Assembly (NCBI RefSeq): GCF_003574135.1
Contig: NZ_AP018341.1
Location: forward strand, 1,865,740 to 1,897,739
From: a cyanobacterium endosymbiont of Rhopalodia gibberula
Lineage (GTDB): Bacteria > Cyanobacteriota > Cyanobacteriia > Cyanobacteriales > Microcystaceae
DNA: 32,000 bases
Reading direction: 5' to 3'
The notes beneath the pieces were generated by a model. That model saw only the letters and a program-made list of their open reading frames with translations. It was not told the DNA's origin and searched no databases. Shown here piece after piece: positions 27,642 through 32,000 of the stretch (positions are counted from its first letter, which is position 1; every line of letters begins with the position of its first letter). Position numbers and translations under genes: made by a program.

Positions 27642-27911
27642 CTATTTCAATTGTTGGGTATTTTCTTTCTCATTAAAAATCGTTAAATTACTTGGCCTAC
27701 ACCGTTTAACAATTACTTGAATTTCTTGAGCTCCCTCAGATTGTAAGTCTTCGAGATAACCTCCGTAGCTGGCTTGCGCCGATTCTTTCCGGACAAATGG
27801 ACCAAAATAGTAAGTACATTGGGGAGTTTTTGTAATAATTTCTATCCAGTAAGCTAGTCCGAGAAAATTCAACATTTTAAGCATAAGTTGTTTTATCCTC
27901 ATTCTCTTCAT
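27642..27911 (-). CDS. DUF1816 domain protein
   Basis: AYWIEIITKTPQCTYYFGPF...GYLEDLQSEGAQEIQVIVKRCRP matches the DUF1816 core. The true start may be one of the downstream Met codons. Confidence 0.7.
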   Translation of the reverse strand: MKRMRIKQLMLKMLNFLGLAYWIEIITKTPQCTYYFGPFVRKESAQASYGGYLEDLQSEGAQEIQVIVKRCRPSNLTIFNEKENTQQLK

Positions 27912-28000
27912 AACAATTTTGATCGTTTTTGAAGTGCTATTGTAACGTTCTCTTCGTAAGAAAATTTCTAGCGTTTCATTAACCCCTTATGGTGTGTTAG

Positions 28001-28924
28001 TTATGAGTCAACATTTAGTTCTTTAACTTTAGAGTCTAGTTCAGACCCGAGATAAAGCTTACCTGACCAACGTTGACGATAGACTTCGTAAAGGGTAATA
28101 GCCGCCGCTACAGAAGCGTTTAAGCTTGGGGTTTTTCCTTCTAAAGGAATGGAGATAAGTTGATCACAAAAGCGTTGAGTTAATAAACTCAATCCATTCT
28201 CCTCCGAGCCTATCACCAATCCTATCGCGCCTCGAAGTTCTATACTGTGTAATAATTTACCTCCCTCAGTTGTAGTGCCATAAATCCAAAAACCAGCCAT
28301 TTTTAATGTTTCTAAAGCTCGACTGAGATTTACAACCCTAGCCACAGGAAAGAATTCCAATGCCCCTGCGGCCACTTTAGCTACAGTAGAAGTCACTCCA
28401 GCTGCCCGTCGTTGAGGGATTACTAATCCTTGCGATCCTAATGCTTCAGCCGTGCGGATGATTGCCCCTAAGTTGTGGGGATCAGCAATGCCATCGGCAA
28501 TGATGATTACTGGATCATCTATACTAGCTTTAGCTTGAGAAATTAACTCGTCTAGATCTTGATAACTATGGGAAGCAATTTGGGCTGCTACTCCCTGATG
28601 ATTTCCCCCATGAGTTATTTGGTTTAGACGTTGAATGTTAACTTCATCAATTACTGTTCCTTTAGTTTTCGCTATTTGGAGTAAGGAATGAAAGCGAGTA
28701 TCATAATGGAGTTTGTTCGTAATCCAAATTCGATTTAACTGGCGACCACTTTCTAAGGACGTAAGAACAGAATGGCGACCATAAACTAGATCGTTAGCGT
28801 CATCATCTTTCTGTGGAGCCTTGGGATGAATATTTGTTTTCAATAAAGATTTTTGTTTTTTTATTGTTGGTTTTTTAGATTTATAAGAATTACTATGAGA
28901 AACTGGATGAGGTTTTTCTGTCAT
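28001..28924 (-). CDS. rlmB: 23S rRNA (guanosine-2'-O)-methyltransferase, RlmB/SpoU family
   Basis: SpoU substrate-binding domain ([15 protein letters not shown]) plus the SpoU methylase motifs [24 protein letters not shown] and [22 protein letters not shown]. Basic N-terminal extension. Confidence 0.85.
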   Translation of the reverse strand: MTEKPHPVSHSNSYKSKKPTIKKQKSLLKTNIHPKAPQKDDDANDLVYGRHSVLTSLESGRQLNRIWITNKLHYDTRFHSLLQIAKTKGTVIDEVNIQRLNQITHGGNHQGVAAQIASHSYQDLDELISQAKASIDDPVIIIADGIADPHNLGAIIRTAEALGSQGLVIPQRRAAGVTSTVAKVAAGALEFFPVARVVNLSRALETLKMAGFWIYGTTTEGGKLLHSIELRGAIGLVIGSEENGLSLLTQRFCDQLISIPLEGKTPSLNASVAAAITLYEVYRQRWSGKLYLGSELDSKVKELNVDS

Positions 28925-29245
28925 AATCGATGTGTAGAGAAGAATAAAGATATGTATATATTTTTGGAAGCAAAGATTCTGGCGATCAATTTACCCATAA
29001 AACAATAGATAGTGAGTTAACTACCATAGAATTCCTCAGAAATAGCTAATGAAACTTACTAGAGGTGTACAAAATCTGAACTTTTGATTGTGGTCAGTTA
29101 TATCATTTTTAGAGCTAGGACTACTTTGAACTAATTATAATAAATAGGCGAAGAATTGAGATAGAGCTAGTTTATTCTCTGCTAGCAGCGGTAGTCTTAT
29201 TGAGATGAAGGTCATCTTGTATCTTCTAGATCACCCTATGAGAGG

Positions 29246-30520
29246 TCAGGTATGAACCACTTTATTTTCAGGATTTACTAACCTTAAAAGTTTTTGCTTA
29301 ATTTGGGAGTCAAAGACTTCCCATTTAAGTTTAGTGTAGTTAGTGTTATCGTTGCCCCCCCCAAGAAAACCAATAGGAATTTCAAAACCACCAGCCATTT
29401 CTCTTCCTCCTCCATAGTATCGACCTTGACCATCTTTTCCCAGAGTTTCCTGTAGAAATTCATCAGGATCGAGGGTAAGCTTATTGGTTCTCAGGGAACC
29501 GACAACTACTTCAATATCATTATCTTGATCGTGAATAATGCCATACACTACGGCGGTATGAATATTCTCTTCTGTGACTAAAAAATCAGCAGCCTGGGGG
29601 ATTGCATCTCGATCTTCGTAACGTAGATAACCTACTCCAGCAATAGAAACATTGTTTTGAGTCCAACGGTTTTTCAGTGATCGCTCGATCACATCCATCA
29701 CTCTCCGTGAGCGCGCTGATTGTAGCACGGCATTAAGTAACTGAGAGTCATAAATCCGAGATAAATAAGCTGCTGCTAATAAGTCTTGTTCTTGAGCTTG
29801 GAGTAAATTATTAGTATCCGAACGAATGCCATGCATCAAAGCAGTTGCACACTTCACATGAACGTTATCACTGCTATCAAGGTCTAATAGTCCTGCCTGC
29901 AGGTATTGAGTAATAATCGTTGCGGTAGCGCGAATTTGAGGTCGCAAGTCAAGAAACTCTGCTCTAATATCTCCTTGTTTGCCATGATGATCAATAACAA
30001 CAGCAATGGGAATGTTAGCTTGTTTCAACAACGGCATCAGTTGACTGGTATTCCCTTGACTATCGACTAACACGCAACTTTGATAAACAGAAAGATCTCG
30101 TTCTTTAAGGGTATTAACACTCCATCGTTTAGCAGGTAGCCCAGTTAACTTGACTAAGGCAATATTTTCCTGGTGGGATAAGGTTCCGGCATAGACGATA
30201 TCACAGTTAATGTCATAGGGTTGGGCAATAAGTTGATAAGCCCAGGCACTTGAGAGGGCATCAGGATCAGGAAAATCCTGAATAACAACAATCTGACATT
30301 CTCCTTGATGGTGTTCTAAAGTCTGTTGTAACTTATGAGCAAGTTTTCCCGGGAGTACATCATGATTTTTCTTTCCATGACTGGAGAGAATAGTTGTCGA
30401 ACTGTTCTCATCAGAATCCGTGTTCGTTCGGTCAGTTTCCCCCGGAGTTGACTGCGATCTTAACTTTGTCTGCGAGGTTGTATGGTTACTAGGAGTAAGT
30501 AAGGTTGATTTCATCTGCAA
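29246..30520 (-). CDS. DHH-family phosphoesterase (NrnA-like) with S/T-rich N-terminal extension
   Basis: DFPDPDALSS (DxD), VVIDHHG (DHH) and a DHHA1-like C-terminus with GGGREMAGG. Confidence 0.8.
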   Translation of the reverse strand: MQMKSTLLTPSNHTTSQTKLRSQSTPGETDRTNTDSDENSSTTILSSHGKKNHDVLPGKLAHKLQQTLEHHQGECQIVVIQDFPDPDALSSAWAYQLIAQPYDINCDIVYAGTLSHQENIALVKLTGLPAKRWSVNTLKERDLSVYQSCVLVDSQGNTSQLMPLLKQANIPIAVVIDHHGKQGDIRAEFLDLRPQIRATATIITQYLQAGLLDLDSSDNVHVKCATALMHGIRSDTNNLLQAQEQDLLAAAYLSRIYDSQLLNAVLQSARSRRVMDVIERSLKNRWTQNNVSIAGVGYLRYEDRDAIPQAADFLVTEENIHTAVVYGIIHDQDNDIEVVVGSLRTNKLTLDPDEFLQETLGKDGQGRYYGGGREMAGGFEIPIGFLGGGNDNTNYTKLKWEVFDSQIKQKLLRLVNPENKVVHT

Positions 30521-31237
30521 GTAGTTTAGTTAGAAGAGATGGCTAATAATGGAAATTAATTTAAGAGGTTCAGAGATTTTTAACTAACTGCGGTCAGAGT
30601 CTAGCATTTCACTAGAAAGATTTGGCAAGAAGACAACTCTATGAAGAGTAAAAGGCAATTAGGATGGGTAACCGTATATTCAACTACTTTATCGACATAC
30701 AGAAGGATACCTAAGGTTACTTTAGGGTCCTCTTATGATTGATCGGCAAGACAAAGTATTTCTAAATCTTTTGACAAAAAATCTAGAAATAAAGACTCAA
30801 TTTAGATTAGACACATTTTCTAAATTACTCTATTATTTTAACGTAATTTTTACAGTAGGTTTTTTTTTGTCATAAAACAGTAAGATTTAACCACAGATCC
30901 TTAAATGAATATCATTATAATCAATAATTTTATCTTAAATACTTCTAAATAAACCCATGTTTTATTATCGATAATTTTGTTTACTCTTAAATTATTCTCC
31001 AAAAAACCAAATGATAATAATCAAGCATAGAATATTTAGTAAACTCAAGGATAATGACTTAAAGTTATGGAACAAGATAATAGGGATGATCGTTAAAACA
31101 TGAAAAAAAATCCAGTTAAATATTAGGAATATTAAAACTAAAATTAGTAATTTCATCGGTTGAAATAATTTAGATTTTAAGTTCTTGCTTAACTAACGTT
31201 AATTAACTTTTTTTATAGAAAAATAAAAGATAATCTT

Positions 31238-31744
31238 ATGATTTATATAATAATGGGTGTATCTGGTTCGGGAAAAACAACTATAGGAAAACAACTTAGC
31301 TATCATTTGGAATATCATTTTTATGATGCAGATGATTTTCATACACCAGAAAATATCCAAAAAATGAGTAAGGGAATTTCTCTTAATGACAAAGATCGCC
31401 AGCCCTGGTTACTATCTCTCAGTTACTTAATTAATAACCTACAAGAACACAAAAAAAATGCTATTATTGCCTGCTCATCTCTCAAGAAATCCTACAGACA
31501 ATTATTACAAGGTAATCATCAAGATCTAGTTTGGATTTATCTTAAAGGAAGTTTTGAACAAATTATGGAAAGACTTGACAAACGAAAAGAACATTTTATG
31601 AAAAGTCAGATGCTCAAGTCTCAATTTAAAGATCTAGAAGAACCAGAAAACGCGATTATTCTCGATATTAGTTCAACTACAGAAAAAATAATAAAACAGA
31701 TCTTATCTAAGATAATTTTCTCTGAAAAATTTAGTAAAAATTGA
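31238..31744 (+). CDS. gntK: gluconokinase
   Basis: P-loop GVSGSGKTTIG, FYDADDFH and ACSSLKKSYR. 168 aa. It is noticeably AT-richer than the other genes (32% GC on two sampled 60-nt lines). Confidence 0.85.
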   Translation: MIYIIMGVSGSGKTTIGKQLSYHLEYHFYDADDFHTPENIQKMSKGISLNDKDRQPWLLSLSYLINNLQEHKKNAIIACSSLKKSYRQLLQGNHQDLVWIYLKGSFEQIMERLDKRKEHFMKSQMLKSQFKDLEEPENAIILDISSTTEKIIKQILSKIIFSEKFSKN

Positions 31745-31835
31745 AAATTATTAGTCAAAAAAAAATTCTAATTGAGAAGTAAAATCATGATATTTAGGGT
31801 AAAGTATGAAATATAATCATTAATATAATTTCTGA

Positions 31836-31875
31836 TTAATTGTAGCAATTATTGATATTGCTACAATTAATTTTT
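31836..31875 (+). terminator. intrinsic terminator candidate downstream of gntK
   Basis: A 14-bp perfect stem ttaattgtagcaat / attgctacaattaa with a 7-nt loop (31836-31870), followed directly by TTTTT. Confidence 0.4.
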
Positions 31876-31913
31876 AATTATATAAGTAGCCAGCATAACG
31901 TTCCTTCTACCAA

Positions 31914-31936
31914 AGCTATCCCCGTCAGGGATAGCT
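31914..31936. repeat. 9-bp perfect inverted repeat agctatccc / gggatagct with a 5-nt loop
   Basis: Read directly from the sequence. No adjacent T-run on either strand, so function is unassigned. Confidence 0.5.
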
Positions 31937-32000
31937 ATATCGATTAATTTATTTAGCTTTTTTTCACAAAAATAAATGATAAACTATTGATAGCATTTGC

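Overview
This is a cyanobacterial chromosomal window. It has one intact HIP1 octamer (GCGATCGC, 8271-8278) and several cyanobacteria-typical families: DUF3285-like, DUF1816, DUF2079, HpsJ-like and a CmpR/NdhR-type LysR regulator. About 23 intact genes are present, mostly housekeeping: ybeY, dgkA, trpG/pabA, pmbA, an ABC-2 exporter pair, pgl, nusB, rlmB, an NrnA-like DHH phosphoesterase, gntK, a DsrE/F/H-like trio and a DUF790/Bax1-like nuclease. They cover only about half of the 32 kb. The rest is ORF-free, extremely AT-rich blocks of 0.4-3.1 kb. Hand counts on single 60-nt lines give 13-15% GC inside blocks and 32-52% inside genes. Two blocks can be read directly as fossil genes. One is a gamma-tocopherol-methyltransferase-like pseudogene with at least 9 in-frame stops (about 10520-11510, minus strand). 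The other is an eroded IS630/ISY100-like transposase (about 5820-6640, plus strand). Several other blocks carry shorter stop-riddled or frameshifted remnants. The best reading is a genome in reductive evolution, with strong GC-to-AT drift and slow deletion, as in host-restricted cyanobacteria. I cannot name the organism from this window. I found no rRNA, tRNA, CRISPR array or recognisable defence island, and no convincing novel multi-gene system. The points most worth follow-up are the scale and age of the gene graveyard, the helicase-less Bax1-like nuclease, the retained DsrE-like operon, the LysR regulator stranded between two dead blocks, and a GC-richer untranslatable island with a minus-strand intrinsic terminator upstream of pmbA. 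All family assignments rest on motif recognition from memory, not on searches.
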